Positions 1 through 9,845 of a DNA stretch of 64,000 nucleotides are shown here, one piece after another. Within the stretch, counting starts at the first letter, position 1; every line of letters starts with the position of its first letter. Under the pieces are notes generated by a model that was not told the DNA's origin, searched no databases, and was given only the letters and a program-made list of their open reading frames with translations. The position numbers and the translations under genes were made by a program. Origin of the DNA: Thermoplasmatales archaeon (GTDB lineage Archaea; Thermoplasmatota; Thermoplasmata; Thermoplasmatales; GCA-001856825); NCBI GenBank assembly GCA_026127935.1, contig JAJSLL010000002.1:30645-94644 (forward strand), given 5' to 3'.

Positions 1-1072
1 ACTCGGCGTTGGACTGTCAAGACCTCCAAGAGATCGTTATCTTTCCATCATTGAAAGGATTAATAGTTCTGGAAAAAGGATCATATCAGTAGACGTGCCC
101 TCTGGATTCCCTTCACAACATTCTGTCAAAGCCGATTTCACCGTCACTATGCAGTTCCAGAAAGAGGGAATGAAGAAGTCCAACAGCGGGAAAATTGTCA
201 CTGCAGAAGTGGGATTCCCCCTTGAAGTCATCGATATGATTGGCCCAGGTGATACACTGGCTCTGCCTTCATCCGAGCAAAACTCCCACAAGGGGGACAA
301 TGGGATATGCGGGCTGGTTGGTGGAAGTAAAATGTACTATGGCGCCCCAACATATATGGCTAAATCTGCATTGCGTATGGGACCCGATCTTGTGAACCTG
401 TTTTCACCCTCTATCATTCACAATTACATTGCGTCCAACTGTGAGGGAATCATCCTGAAAAAATCAGGAATAGATTACATAGAGTTCAACTATGAACTAA
501 TGAAATTCATCAAGGAAAGAGCAAACGCACTAGCAATCGGACCCGGTATTTCGAGGAATGAGGCTGCGCTCGATGAGGCCTCAAAGATTATCCAGTTCGC
601 TCATTCTCAGAAGAAGAGCATAGTGATTGATGCGGATGCTTTGGAGTCGGCAAGATCTATCAGTGATTTCAGAGGAAATGCAGTATTGACCCCTCACAGA
701 GGGGAATTCAGATCCACTTTCGGACTGGAACCAGATGAAGAGAGCGTGAAAAAGGTCGCCAGAAAGATCAATGCCGTCATCCTTTTGAAGGGGGAAATAG
801 ACATTGTCACTGATGGAGAAATGATGAAAAAGAACAAGTCTTACCATCACCAGAGCATGACCAGGGGAGGAACTGGGGATCTAGTCACTGGTGCGGTTGC
901 GGGACTGCTTTCAAGAAAGGTAGATCCGCTGCACTCGGCCTCCCTGGCGTCTTATATCATAGGTACTGCTGGCGTCACTGCATTTAACAGGATGGGCTAC
1001 TCATACCTGATTTCTGATATGGTGGACATTATTCCAGAGATATTGGCTACTGGAAGTAAACAAAATTATTAA
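1..1072 (+). CDS. nnr: Bifunctional NAD(P)H-hydrate repair enzyme Nnr (end of epimerase domain plus ADP-dependent dehydratase); 5'-partial, continues upstream of the window
   Basis: The reading frame is open from nt 2 ('LGVGLSRPPRDRYLSIIERINSSGKRIISVDVPSGF' = YjeF-N epimerase end) and is in frame with the tracked ORF 95-1072. The dehydratase domain carries the motifs 'AIGPGISRN', 'VIDADAL', 'VLTPHRGEF', 'LLKGEIDIV' and 'GGTGDLVTG'. Confidence 0.85.
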   Translation, partial: LGVGLSRPPRDRYLSIIERINSSGKRIISVDVPSGFPSQHSVKADFTVTMQFQKEGMKKSNSGKIVTAEVGFPLEVIDMIGPGDTLALPSSEQNSHKGDNGICGLVGGSKMYYGAPTYMAKSALRMGPDLVNLFSPSIIHNYIASNCEGIILKKSGIDYIEFNYELMKFIKERANALAIGPGISRNEAALDEASKIIQFAHSQKKSIVIDADALESARSISDFRGNAVLTPHRGEFRSTFGLEPDEESVKKVARKINAVILLKGEIDIVTDGEMMKKNKSYHHQSMTRGGTGDLVTGAVAGLLSRKVDPLHSASLASYIIGTAGVTAFNRMGYSYLISDMVDIIPEILATGSKQNY

Positions 1073-1093
1073 CCAACTTAGCAATCGACAAGC

Positions 1094-2194
1094 ATGGTGT
1101 CGGTAGGAGAAATTATGACTACCAAGCTGATCACACTGACTACCGAAGATTTCATTTCTAGTGCGATCGCTAAGATGAGTGACCACAAGATGCATCACAT
1201 CCCCATACTCGATGAGAAGGGAGATTATGTAGGAATGCTTGACTACAACCTCCTCTACAAGAGGGAATCAATTACTGTCACGACAAAAATCAAGACAATA
1301 ATGGAACGTACGCCCTCTATTACTGCAGAGGCTTCAATAGCTGATACTGCAAGAGTCATGATAGATAGTGGACTGAGAGCTCTTCCGGTCCTCGAAAAGA
1401 AGAAGATAAAGGGTATTGTTACATCGACCGACATTGTCCACGCGGTGAATTCCATTCCAGAAGTGGCGGGCATGCTTGCATCAGAAATCATGTCTGGGGA
1501 GCCGATCACTGTCTCCGAAAATGATGATCTAATGGAGGCACTCAGAAGGATGAGGGATATTGGCGAAACTAGCATACCTGTGGTCAACAAAGATGGGAGA
1601 ATTTCTGGCATCGTGAACATCAACGATATCAGCAAGGAGCTGTGGAGAGAGAGAGGAAAGATGAGACAGGGTCAATATTATAGGGACAAAGTGAGACCTT
1701 TGGTTAAGGAAGTGATGGTTTCACCTCACGTGATACGTCCTGACAAGAATATCTCATCCTGCATGGATGGTATGATCGATACTGAAGCCAGGATATGCAC
1801 GGTGGTAGACGAAAATATGGTCCCGCTGGGAGTGATTGGACAAGGTGACATTCTCGGAGAGATAGTCAAAGGATCGACAGGCAAATCTGTCTTAGTCAAC
1901 CTGTCTGGGATGAGATTTGAGGATCCTGAAGTGTACGACAACATCTACTCTATAATTGAGAAATCTGCAAAGTCCATAGCGAAGTTCAAGCGAATGCGGC
2001 CGATGCTGATAAATGTCCATGTAGAGGAGTATGACACTTCTGGAAAGGAAACCAAGTATTCTGTCAGGGGGAAGATGGTGACGGAATCAAGGACCTTCTT
2101 CTCGAAGAGCTGGGACTGGAACATTTTCAGGGCTGTCAAGGAATTGATGGGACAGTTAGAAAAAATGGCACAGAAGAACAAGGAATACAAATAG
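1094..2194 (+). CDS. Four-CBS-domain protein with a C-terminal HPF/RaiA-like domain
   Basis: Four CBS units are present ('HHIPILDEKGDYVGMLD', 'ALPVLEKKKIKGIVTSTDI', 'SIPVVNKDGRISGIVNINDI', 'CTVVDENMVPLGVIGQGDIL'). The last ~100 aa (nt 1886-2194) align by eye to the HPF beta-alpha-beta3-alpha pattern (see findings). Confidence 0.8.
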   Translation: MVSVGEIMTTKLITLTTEDFISSAIAKMSDHKMHHIPILDEKGDYVGMLDYNLLYKRESITVTTKIKTIMERTPSITAEASIADTARVMIDSGLRALPVLEKKKIKGIVTSTDIVHAVNSIPEVAGMLASEIMSGEPITVSENDDLMEALRRMRDIGETSIPVVNKDGRISGIVNINDISKELWRERGKMRQGQYYRDKVRPLVKEVMVSPHVIRPDKNISSCMDGMIDTEARICTVVDENMVPLGVIGQGDILGEIVKGSTGKSVLVNLSGMRFEDPEVYDNIYSIIEKSAKSIAKFKRMRPMLINVHVEEYDTSGKETKYSVRGKMVTESRTFFSKSWDWNIFRAVKELMGQLEKMAQKNKEYK

Positions 2195-2207
2195 GTAGAG
2201 TGATAAG

Positions 2208-3590
2208 TTGGAGGAATTCGTAGAGAGAGCGCTAGATTACGCTTCAAAGAAAGCAACTTATGCCGAAGCTAGATACTGTTCGTCCCAAAGAAACGTTGTG
2301 CTGATGAAGAATGGGACCGTTTCAGCTACAGGCTATTCTGTCGATTCTGGCCTAGCAATTAGGTTGCTCAACAGATCAATTGCTTTTTCGTCCGTCAACG
2401 TACCAGACTGGGGTGTGATCAGGGAAGAAATTGACAAAGCTGCAAAGGCATCTGAGATGATTGGGAGAAACAAATTTTCATCAGAAGTTCCAGTAAAGGA
2501 TTCTTGGAAGGTTGACCAGAAGAAAAAGATAGAAGACTTTTCTTTCGAGGATAGAGTCCAGAAAATGAGAGAGCTGGACGATCTCTTGGCTGGCGAGAAA
2601 ATCTCAATGAGAATCTTGTCTTTGAACGATAACATTGAGGAAGAGTACAACACGAGTTCTGAAGGTATGTCACTGAGATCTAGACTTCCCAAGATTTCAT
2701 TCTTCGCTATGATAGGATTCATGGAAAACGGAAGCTTTGAGCAAGGTACCGTGGAGGTTGGTTATTCTGGAGGATATGAAGCGCTTGATGTCTGGAAACT
2801 GGAACAGAGGCTCAAGCACGAATCTGACGTATTGAAGAAAGCTGCAAGGGCAAAGAAAGTGAGTGATGGTAAATACGATCTAGTTGCAGGACCGGAAATC
2901 TCTGGAATAGTGGCCCACGAGAGCTGTGGCCATCCAACAGAGTTAGACAGAATATTCGGTAGGGAAATGGCACAGGCAGGGGAGTCATTCATCAAGAAAA
3001 ACAATAGAGGAATGAGAGTAGGATCAGACATAGTTAATCTGGTCGACGACCCGACGCTCGATCACAGCTTCGGATTCTATAGGTACGACAGGGACGGAGT
3101 GAGAGCGAAAAAGAGGTATCTGTACAAGAATGGCTTGATTAACGATTTTCTGAGTAACCGTGAGAGCGCGGGTAGAATGGAGGAGAAGAGTAACGGAGCT
3201 TCGCGGTCCTCCGAATGGGATAAAGAACCACTCGTGAGAATGAGCACCACATACATAGAACCAAAAGATCATAATTTCGAAGAATTGATTGAGAGCGTAA
3301 AGGAGGGGATCTACATGAAGAGTTTCACTGAATGGAACATAGACGATATAAGGTTCAATGAGAAGTACGTGGGAAGGGAGGCATACCATATTCAGAATGG
3401 AGTGATAAAAGAGGTGATAAGAAGACCGGTCATTGAAACGACAACGATCAACTTCTATTCCTCCATAGACGCCATTGGGAAGGATTTGGAATTTTCTGCA
3501 GGTACTTGCGGGAAGGGTGATCCGATGCAGGGAGTTGATGTCTGGATGGGTGGACCACACATACGTCTTAGAGACCTAAACGTGAGGTGA
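2208..3590 (+). CDS. tldD: TldD-family metalloprotease
   Basis: 460 aa with the 'HESCGHPTELDR' metal-binding motif and a 'GTCGKGDPMQ...GGPHIRL' C-terminus typical of TldD. TTG start, with 'GTGAT' SD-like sequence upstream. Confidence 0.9.
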   Translation: MEEFVERALDYASKKATYAEARYCSSQRNVVLMKNGTVSATGYSVDSGLAIRLLNRSIAFSSVNVPDWGVIREEIDKAAKASEMIGRNKFSSEVPVKDSWKVDQKKKIEDFSFEDRVQKMRELDDLLAGEKISMRILSLNDNIEEEYNTSSEGMSLRSRLPKISFFAMIGFMENGSFEQGTVEVGYSGGYEALDVWKLEQRLKHESDVLKKAARAKKVSDGKYDLVAGPEISGIVAHESCGHPTELDRIFGREMAQAGESFIKKNNRGMRVGSDIVNLVDDPTLDHSFGFYRYDRDGVRAKKRYLYKNGLINDFLSNRESAGRMEEKSNGASRSSEWDKEPLVRMSTTYIEPKDHNFEELIESVKEGIYMKSFTEWNIDDIRFNEKYVGREAYHIQNGVIKEVIRRPVIETTTINFYSSIDAIGKDLEFSAGTCGKGDPMQGVDVWMGGPHIRLRDLNVR

Positions 3591-3596
3591 TAGATC

Positions 3597-4895
3597 GTGG
3601 AAATAGAAACAATTTACAAGAGGGTCGAGAGAAATGTCGATCAGGCTGCTGTAAAGCTCATAAGATCAAAGATAACACAAATAAGATTCTCAAACAACAA
3701 CATCGATATCAGCAATGAATGGAACGAAGAGCTAGCGTCAGTCTTCCTGGCGAAGAATGGGAGGACATTCATTTTCGAATTGAAGAACGAAAAAGATCTC
3801 GAGAAGATTGTTCCAGTCTCTATATCTGCAATTGACAAGTTAGAAAAGAATGACGACTTCGTGAGCCTGAACGATAAGAAGAACACCTACAGGAAAAAGA
3901 GGATGAGAGACGAAAAATTGAGGGAGATCGAGGGACATGAATTTGTCAACTCCTTCATCGATGAGGTGAAACCATTTGTCAAGAGGGTCGGGGGTGTATT
4001 TTACAAGAAAGAAATCGAAGACAGCGTTCTTACCCCATTCAACAGCGGCACCCAAAAACAATTCGGAGTAGAGTTTGTGTCCAGGGCATTTGATGAGAAT
4101 GATTACCCCGTCCAGCTATCTATTGCAACATCCACAGATGAAGAGCTACCTGAACTGCTTAAACAGGGTGAAGAAGTTCTGGATCTGGCAAAGAAAATCC
4201 GGAACGTCAAAGAGGGTGTTGAAGGCAAGTACAACGTCATCTTCAGCCCGCTGTGTTTTGCATCCCTGGTATCTTACACCATCCCGATGGCATCAGCTTT
4301 TCAAATAGACTCGGGTATGTCCATGTTTGCTGACAGAATGGGAGAGAGGATCGGGAAGAGTTCCTTCACAGTCTATGACGACCCATCTGATGATTCCATG
4401 TTCAACTCCGGAGCTTTCGATGATGAAGGCAGTCCAACCAAGAAGACTCCCGTAATAGAGAAGGGAGTCGTGAAGAATTTCTTGCATAACTTTTCGACTG
4501 CCAAGAAATATGACGTAGAGACTACTGGAAATGCCGGAATTGTGAACCCTAGCCCGTGGCAGATATCGGTAGAACCGGGAAACGAAGAGGTTGAAGACAT
4601 GATTTCCTCAATGAGAAGGGGGCTTTTCATCAACAACACATGGTATACCAGATTCCAGGACTACAGGGAGGGAGTCCTTTCGACCATTCCAAGAGATGGA
4701 ATCTTCCTAATAGAGAATGGAGAAATAAAGGAGAGTTGGGGAGGAATCAGGATTTCAGATTCTTTGCTGAATATGTACAAGAACATTGAGGGACTAAGCC
4801 GGGAAACGAAGAAAGTAAAATGGTGGGACGAAACTATGCACACGAAGTCTCCGTTTGTAGAAGTCGGAGATGTGAATATTTCTAGGAGCAAGTAA
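3597..4895 (+). CDS. pmbA: PmbA/TldE-family protein (TldD partner)
   Basis: 432 aa, starting 6 nt after tldD. Has the PmbA_TldD fold signature ('FDDEGSPTKKTPVIEKGVVKNFLH', 'NNTWYTRF'). Confidence 0.85.
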   Translation: MEIETIYKRVERNVDQAAVKLIRSKITQIRFSNNNIDISNEWNEELASVFLAKNGRTFIFELKNEKDLEKIVPVSISAIDKLEKNDDFVSLNDKKNTYRKKRMRDEKLREIEGHEFVNSFIDEVKPFVKRVGGVFYKKEIEDSVLTPFNSGTQKQFGVEFVSRAFDENDYPVQLSIATSTDEELPELLKQGEEVLDLAKKIRNVKEGVEGKYNVIFSPLCFASLVSYTIPMASAFQIDSGMSMFADRMGERIGKSSFTVYDDPSDDSMFNSGAFDDEGSPTKKTPVIEKGVVKNFLHNFSTAKKYDVETTGNAGIVNPSPWQISVEPGNEEVEDMISSMRRGLFINNTWYTRFQDYREGVLSTIPRDGIFLIENGEIKESWGGIRISDSLLNMYKNIEGLSRETKKVKWWDETMHTKSPFVEVGDVNISRSK

Positions 4896-4896
4896 G

Positions 4897-4939
4897 GAAA
4901 CGCAAAGAAGCTGTTATTTGCGAGTTGAATTGCGTTTTT
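4897..4939 (+). terminator. Hairpin plus T5 run immediately after pmbA
   Basis: 'AAACGCAA' (4898-4905) pairs with 'TTGCGTTT' (4930-4937), which runs into TTTTT (4935-4939). Confidence 0.4.
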
Positions 4940-5350
4940 CAATATCAGAAATGTAAATATATTAAGTTAAGTTAGGTAATAGCTCACTGCCCCTTGGCCC
5001 CTCCTATCGGGCAGTGAGTTTAAATTCATCTTGCTGAATCCCGTTGCTGTAGGTTCAGTTCCGAAACTGTAGCTCCATGACTTATTGCTGCCTTCCCGCT
5101 CAAGTCCATTTGCGAGTTAAACTCCATTGAATGGAAATTGCAAATCTTTTCAGCCCATTTGAATTGATATTTGTATATCTTTTAGTCCCCGGGTTCATAC
5201 CCGTCATAACCACTTCCCAGATTGGAGAAGTATTACAAAAGGTAGGTTAACTTAGTAATGCAAAACCGGGGATAGTGGAGACCCGTGTTTCAATCTCCTG
5301 ATCTATCTCCATACCCCCAACCTTGAGGCTCTGGTGTGTATGGTTTTCAG

Positions 5351-5974
5351 TCAAAGCAACCTCTCAAGTTTCTTGTTCGCTTCATCCCAGTTGACTATGT
5401 GCCACCAGGCACCTACGTAGTCTGCTCTCTTGTTCTTGTATTGGAGATAATATGCGTGCTCAAACTCGTCCAAAATCAGGACAATTGGCATCTCTGCGAG
5501 ATGGTTCATGAAATGATTTTCTACTGTCATTATGTTTAGATTGCTATTCTCCTTGTCATACGCTAGGACCGCCCATCCTGTACCGGGATTTGAGTTTGCA
5601 GCCTCGGTGAATATCTTCCTGAACTTTTCATAGCTACCATATTGCTGCTCTATCATGTCTCCAAGCTTTCCGCCGGGTTTGTCCCCGCCTTTGCCTTCTG
5701 GCGCCATGTTGTTCCAGTATAGCGTATGGAGCTTGTCACCGTTAATGTTGAATGTGAGATTTCTCAAGACCCCGTGAATGTCGTAGCTTTTTACCTCCTC
5801 CTTTATAATGCCGTTGAGCCGGTCAATAAGAGTGTTGGCTGTATTTACGTATCCTTTGTGGTGGCCGTTGTAATGAACATCCACTATGTCCTTGTTAATG
5901 TGGGGTTCTAGTCCGTCAATTCGGTACGGCAACTGGGGTAGCTCGTATTTGTTCAATCCCTTAAATTCCACCAT
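5351..5974 (-). CDS. sod: Fe/Mn superoxide dismutase
   Basis: '[13 protein letters not shown]....[11 protein letters not shown]', 'WAVL', '[19 protein letters not shown]'. The ATG at 5974 (with 'GGTGAT' SD 5 nt upstream) is preferred over the tracked start at 6076. Confidence 0.9.
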   Translation of the reverse strand: MVEFKGLNKYELPQLPYRIDGLEPHINKDIVDVHYNGHHKGYVNTANTLIDRLNGIIKEEVKSYDIHGVLRNLTFNINGDKLHTLYWNNMAPEGKGGDKPGGKLGDMIEQQYGSYEKFRKIFTEAANSNPGTGWAVLAYDKENSNLNIMTVENHFMNHLAEMPIVLILDEFEHAYYLQYKNKRADYVGAWWHIVNWDEANKKLERLL

Positions 5975-6341
5975 TAAATCACCGCAATAAGATATGAAAG
6001 TTCGTTTTAATACTTTTGTTAGGATACTTGGAAATGCCTTTTGAATCTCTTTGTGTCCCTCGAAAAAATATAGCACCTAAATACAGCTCTTAGGTGAATT
6101 TTGGTTGCAGATGGAGAAAGTGGGTTATGGGGGGATTTCTCACTCCTTAAAAGGTGAACCTCATAGACTTGCAGTGGATCATTGCTCACTACATTCCTAA
6201 TCCCGCAGATACATTCAAAATTTTGGAAATCCGTCTGAAGTATATCTTATTAGTCAAGTTGTTACCTGAAGTCCACACGAAAGCGTAGGTTTCACCCTAA
6301 ACTTCTCGTGACTATTTTGGATTGATTATTCCATCAAACAT

Positions 6342-7469
6342 CTATCTCTTAAGAAGAGCCTTCGCGATGACTATTTTTCTTATCTCAGTAGTTCCTGCTC
6401 CTATCTCATACAATATTGCATCACGCAAGTATCGCTCCAGGGGATAATCTTCCGTGTACCCATAACCGCCGAATATCTGAAGGGCTTCCTTTGCTATCTG
6501 GGTTGCTGTTTCGGAGGCCATCATGATCGATGCAGCGGCGTAGGAAGGGTCAGATATCGTCTCGCCTACTAATGAAGCTGCCTTGTATGCGAGAAGTCTA
6601 GCTGCCTCCAGTCTAGTAAACATGTAAGCCAGTTTTTCTTGAATCAACTCAAATTCACCGATCCTCTTACCGAACTGTTCCCTCTGGTTGCTGTAACTCA
6701 ATGCTTCATCTAGTGCCCTCCTGGCAATACCAAGGGGGCCAAAGGCAAGAACCGCCCTTTCTGCGTTCAAGCCGTTGTAAATGATACTCCGTGCGTGCCC
6801 CTCCCCCTTCAAAATCCTGTCCTTCTCCACCCTCACGTTCCTAAAGACCACTTCTCCAGTCGGAGACCCCCTCATTCCAAGTTTCTTAATCTTCTTTGGT
6901 GTTTCTACTCCATCACTTCTCTCCAGAATGAATGCAGAATATGACTTACCGTTCCGAGCATAAACGAGGAAGACATCTGCGAGAGGCGCGTTAGTGATGA
7001 AAGTCTTGGATCCGTTTATCTCATAGCCTTCTTCCTTTGATTCATAAACTGTTTTCATCCCACCCAGAGCGTCTGATCCCGCCCCAGGTTCTGTGAGGCA
7101 CAAAGAGCCAATCCTCTCTCCCGAGACTAGACCCGGAAGATAATTTTCCTTCTGTTCTTTGTTTGCATTCCGGTATATGTTATCTACTACCAGATTGTTG
7201 TGTGCTCCATACGAGAGACCGAATGACCCCGAGTAGTAAGATATTTCCTCCAGGGCAACTCCCTCTGTAAGGTAGTCCAAACCCGCGCCACCGTATTCCT
7301 GCGCTATCGTGAGGCCAAGCATTCCAAGCTTCCCCATTTCTCTGAATATTTGGACTGGAAACTCATCCTCTCTGTCGATCTTCGCAGCGATAGGCTCAAT
7401 CTTTCTCTGTGAAAATTCTCTCACGAGATCCCTAATCGCTGCCGTTTCTTCTGGAAGCTTGAAATCCAT
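6342..7469 (-). CDS. Acyl-CoA dehydrogenase (short/branched-chain type)
   Basis: 375 aa with 'CLTEPGAGSD', 'ITNA', 'QIFGGYGYTEDYPLERYLRDA.LYEIGAGT.EI'. Confidence 0.9.
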   Translation of the reverse strand: MDFKLPEETAAIRDLVREFSQRKIEPIAAKIDREDEFPVQIFREMGKLGMLGLTIAQEYGGAGLDYLTEGVALEEISYYSGSFGLSYGAHNNLVVDNIYRNANKEQKENYLPGLVSGERIGSLCLTEPGAGSDALGGMKTVYESKEEGYEINGSKTFITNAPLADVFLVYARNGKSYSAFILERSDGVETPKKIKKLGMRGSPTGEVVFRNVRVEKDRILKGEGHARSIIYNGLNAERAVLAFGPLGIARRALDEALSYSNQREQFGKRIGEFELIQEKLAYMFTRLEAARLLAYKAASLVGETISDPSYAAASIMMASETATQIAKEALQIFGGYGYTEDYPLERYLRDAILYEIGAGTTEIRKIVIAKALLKR

Positions 7470-7556
7470 GATTATTCGATTTCATTATCTGTAACCGAAT
7501 TAAAATATTTCTGTGAAAGAAAGGTTATAAGCTTCAAAAAAGTATGGTGATACTCG

Positions 7557-8291
7557 ATGGAAATAGTATTTCCTGACATACCGGAATATCATTTCATACT
7601 CAAGGGCCTATACTCCAACCAGTTCCCATCATATCCAAGATTCCAGTGCGAACCCGTTACTGACTTTGAAACAACTTTGAAAGCTGATGTCGCGTTTGTT
7701 CCTGCTCCTGTGGCGATCCTTAATTCTGGAGATTATTTATTTCTAAAGACGGGTAATATTTTCTCCTACTTTTCCGGGCCCCAAATATATTCAAATGAAC
7801 CTACGGGCGACGAACTCTTTGTCAACGAAAAGGACTTTGTTTCTGAATACTACGCGAAAATACTCTTGAACGGTGTAAGTGTCAGGAAGGGGGACGGTTA
7901 TCCAAAGATCGTGGAGCCCAGGATAGCATTGCTCAACCACCAACCAGGACTTCCGAAGATAGACCTTTACGGGAAATGGAATAACTTTGCTGACGATCTC
8001 CCTTTCCCACTTTATTCTGCAATGATCAAGAGATCCCTCAGTAACTTGAAGGGGATCGTTGAGGAAGCGATCCATTCTTCCATCAAATATGCACTTGACA
8101 ACTCCCCCTCAATAATCAAAGACATTGCAACGATGTACGGCATAGAAAATGTTGAGATGCTCAAGCGAGTGATGTTTCAGTTCATCAACAAAAATACTCT
8201 TTCAATTTCTGAAGAAGAAGTAGAGTCGTTGAAGGCACTCAATCGGGAAATGGATGATAAGGGTTACCGAGTCAATGACCTGAAATTTTAA
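7557..8291 (+). CDS. MqnA/MqnD-family (futalosine-pathway, periplasmic-binding-protein-like fold) protein
   Basis: 244 aa. 'ADVAFVPAPVAILNSGDYLFL' resembles the 'D.alipsieyarl.dy.llp' block of the VitK2_biosynth family. This is a weak motif-level call only. Confidence 0.45.
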   Translation: MEIVFPDIPEYHFILKGLYSNQFPSYPRFQCEPVTDFETTLKADVAFVPAPVAILNSGDYLFLKTGNIFSYFSGPQIYSNEPTGDELFVNEKDFVSEYYAKILLNGVSVRKGDGYPKIVEPRIALLNHQPGLPKIDLYGKWNNFADDLPFPLYSAMIKRSLSNLKGIVEEAIHSSIKYALDNSPSIIKDIATMYGIENVEMLKRVMFQFINKNTLSISEEEVESLKALNREMDDKGYRVNDLKF

Positions 8292-8351
8292 ATCTCAGAA
8301 GAAGAAAACTGCTTGGTTACCTATTAATATTTAGAAATTCCATGACGATCG

Positions 8352-9281
8352 ATGGAATACATTGAAGAAATTACCTCCCTGAAGAATCAGGTATCGTTTC
8401 GAGGAACCTTGGAGGCCCCAGAAGGTATCGAGAATGTGGTGATAGCGGGGATGGGTGGTTCGGGTATTGCTGGCAAGATATTTCAGGAACTTTACACAAA
8501 GAAGCCTGTAAGTCTTGTCACCTCGTATGACGTTCCTGAGTTCATTGGCAAGAAGACCCTGTTTGTTGCAATAAGCTATTCTGGAAACACGGAAGAGACC
8601 ATTCAGGCCGTGAATAAGGCAAAGAAGAAGGGCGCACAAATTGGAGCCATCTCGTCTGGCGGTAAACTTGCAGAATTAGTCGAGAATACGGTCATAGTGC
8701 CAAGGGGGTTCCAACCGAGATCGGCTGTGGGTTATCTCAGCATACCCCTACTGAGAGGTTTTGGACTGCTGGACGATAAGGACGTTGAACTTACAAAGAA
8801 TTTGCTGAGCGACCTGGATACACACCAATCTCAGTTTGAGAAATTCGGCAATGATATTTTCCAGAACAAGAGCATCCCTGTGATCTTTGGCACCCCGGGA
8901 CTCAACGCGATCGCCTACAGATGGAAAACCCAATTTAATGAGAACGCGAAGGTGCTCGCTTATTCAACTTCTTTCCCTGAACTAAATCATAACGACACCA
9001 TGGCTCTGGAAAACACATACAGAAAAGATGAGTTCTACTTCTTTGTTCTCACCTCTCGAATGCTTGAAAAGGAAATATCCAATAGGATAAGGATAACTTC
9101 TGAACTCTGCAATATTGAAATGCATAAGGTTGAGGGCGATGGGAACACCGTGTTTGCCAACACATTTACCCTGATACACAAGGGAGACTACATCTCGTAC
9201 TTCCTTGCAAAGAAGAGGGGGGTTGATCCCAGAGACGTCGCGATTATTGAAAATCTCAAGAGGGAGCTTGCAGAGTCTTAG
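8352..9281 (+). CDS. pgi: Bifunctional phosphoglucose/phosphomannose isomerase (archaeal SIS-domain PGI/PMI)
   Basis: 309 aa with 'GMGGSGIAG', 'ISYSGNTEET' and 'RWKTQFNENAK' motifs. Confidence 0.8.
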   Translation: MEYIEEITSLKNQVSFRGTLEAPEGIENVVIAGMGGSGIAGKIFQELYTKKPVSLVTSYDVPEFIGKKTLFVAISYSGNTEETIQAVNKAKKKGAQIGAISSGGKLAELVENTVIVPRGFQPRSAVGYLSIPLLRGFGLLDDKDVELTKNLLSDLDTHQSQFEKFGNDIFQNKSIPVIFGTPGLNAIAYRWKTQFNENAKVLAYSTSFPELNHNDTMALENTYRKDEFYFFVLTSRMLEKEISNRIRITSELCNIEMHKVEGDGNTVFANTFTLIHKGDYISYFLAKKRGVDPRDVAIIENLKRELAES

Positions 9282-9380
9282 CGTGTTATAAAGTAACGGT
9301 GAATCCAATAATACACGCAGTTATCGAACAGTGCTTGACATAATTATTAATATAACGCCAACTTAAACCATGAAATCGAG

Positions 9381-9734
9381 ATGACGGTTATAAAAAGGGA
9401 GGAGCTGGTAACTGCCCTGAACGTCATATTCAAACCGTCTGGAATGAACCAAAAAGAGATTGAAGAATTGGCAGACTATGTACTGAGCTTCTTTGGTTTT
9501 GAGGACACATTGGTAGATAACATCCTGTCACAACAGGACAGAGATGTCTTTTACACCCTTGAAGAGACTGGAATACTTTCAACGAGCAGCGAGGACATTA
9601 CCCTTATGAAAGGGAAGACCTGGAGAATACACTACTGGCACATCAACGACCCGAAAATCAAGACGATCCTAAACAGCAGGAAAGAGGACGAAGAAAACAT
9701 CTACGACAAGATATTCAAAGAAGAACTTAGATAA
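9381..9734 (+). CDS. Hypothetical protein
   Basis: 117-aa ORF with coding-like composition. I recognise no family. Confidence 0.45.
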   Translation: MTVIKREELVTALNVIFKPSGMNQKEIEELADYVLSFFGFEDTLVDNILSQQDRDVFYTLEETGILSTSSEDITLMKGKTWRIHYWHINDPKIKTILNSRKEDEENIYDKIFKEELR

Positions 9735-9814
9735 ACCTGCACTTGAGCACAATGAGCGAAGAGCATCTGAAGATCAATCGTTTTTTCTTGATGGAGTAGG
9801 TTGATTTGGTTAAT

Positions 9815-9824
9815 TTATAAATAT
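9815..9824 (+). promoter_or_regulatory. TATA-like box for the PNPOx-UbiA gene (leaderless geometry)
   Basis: 'TTTATAAATA' ends 22 nt before the ATG at 9846. Confidence 0.35.
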
Positions 9825-9845
9825 TGATTTCGCATTTTCTAATCA

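Noticed and set aside
3024-3560. A 178-aa ORF antisense to tldD. Similar long antisense ORFs occur at 1255-1635, 9935-10384, 16135-16653, 31749-32306, 32986-33465, 37010-37474, 51416-51922 and 57635-58174.
   Set aside because: Each lies entirely inside a confidently identified gene on the opposite strand. They have low-complexity or odd composition and no motifs. They are typical shadow ORFs.
5187-5212. A tRNA-like 3' end 'CCCCGGGTTCATACCCGTCATAACCA' (T-arm-like, ending in ACCA).
   Set aside because: The upstream 60 nt are AT-rich with no acceptor, D or anticodon stems, and the T-stem pairs poorly. It is not a tRNA gene. At most it is a fragment.
5277-5298. A CRISPR-repeat-like string 'GGAGACCCGTGTTTCAATCTCC'.
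   Set aside because: It is a single copy with no spaced repeats anywhere in the window and no cas genes.
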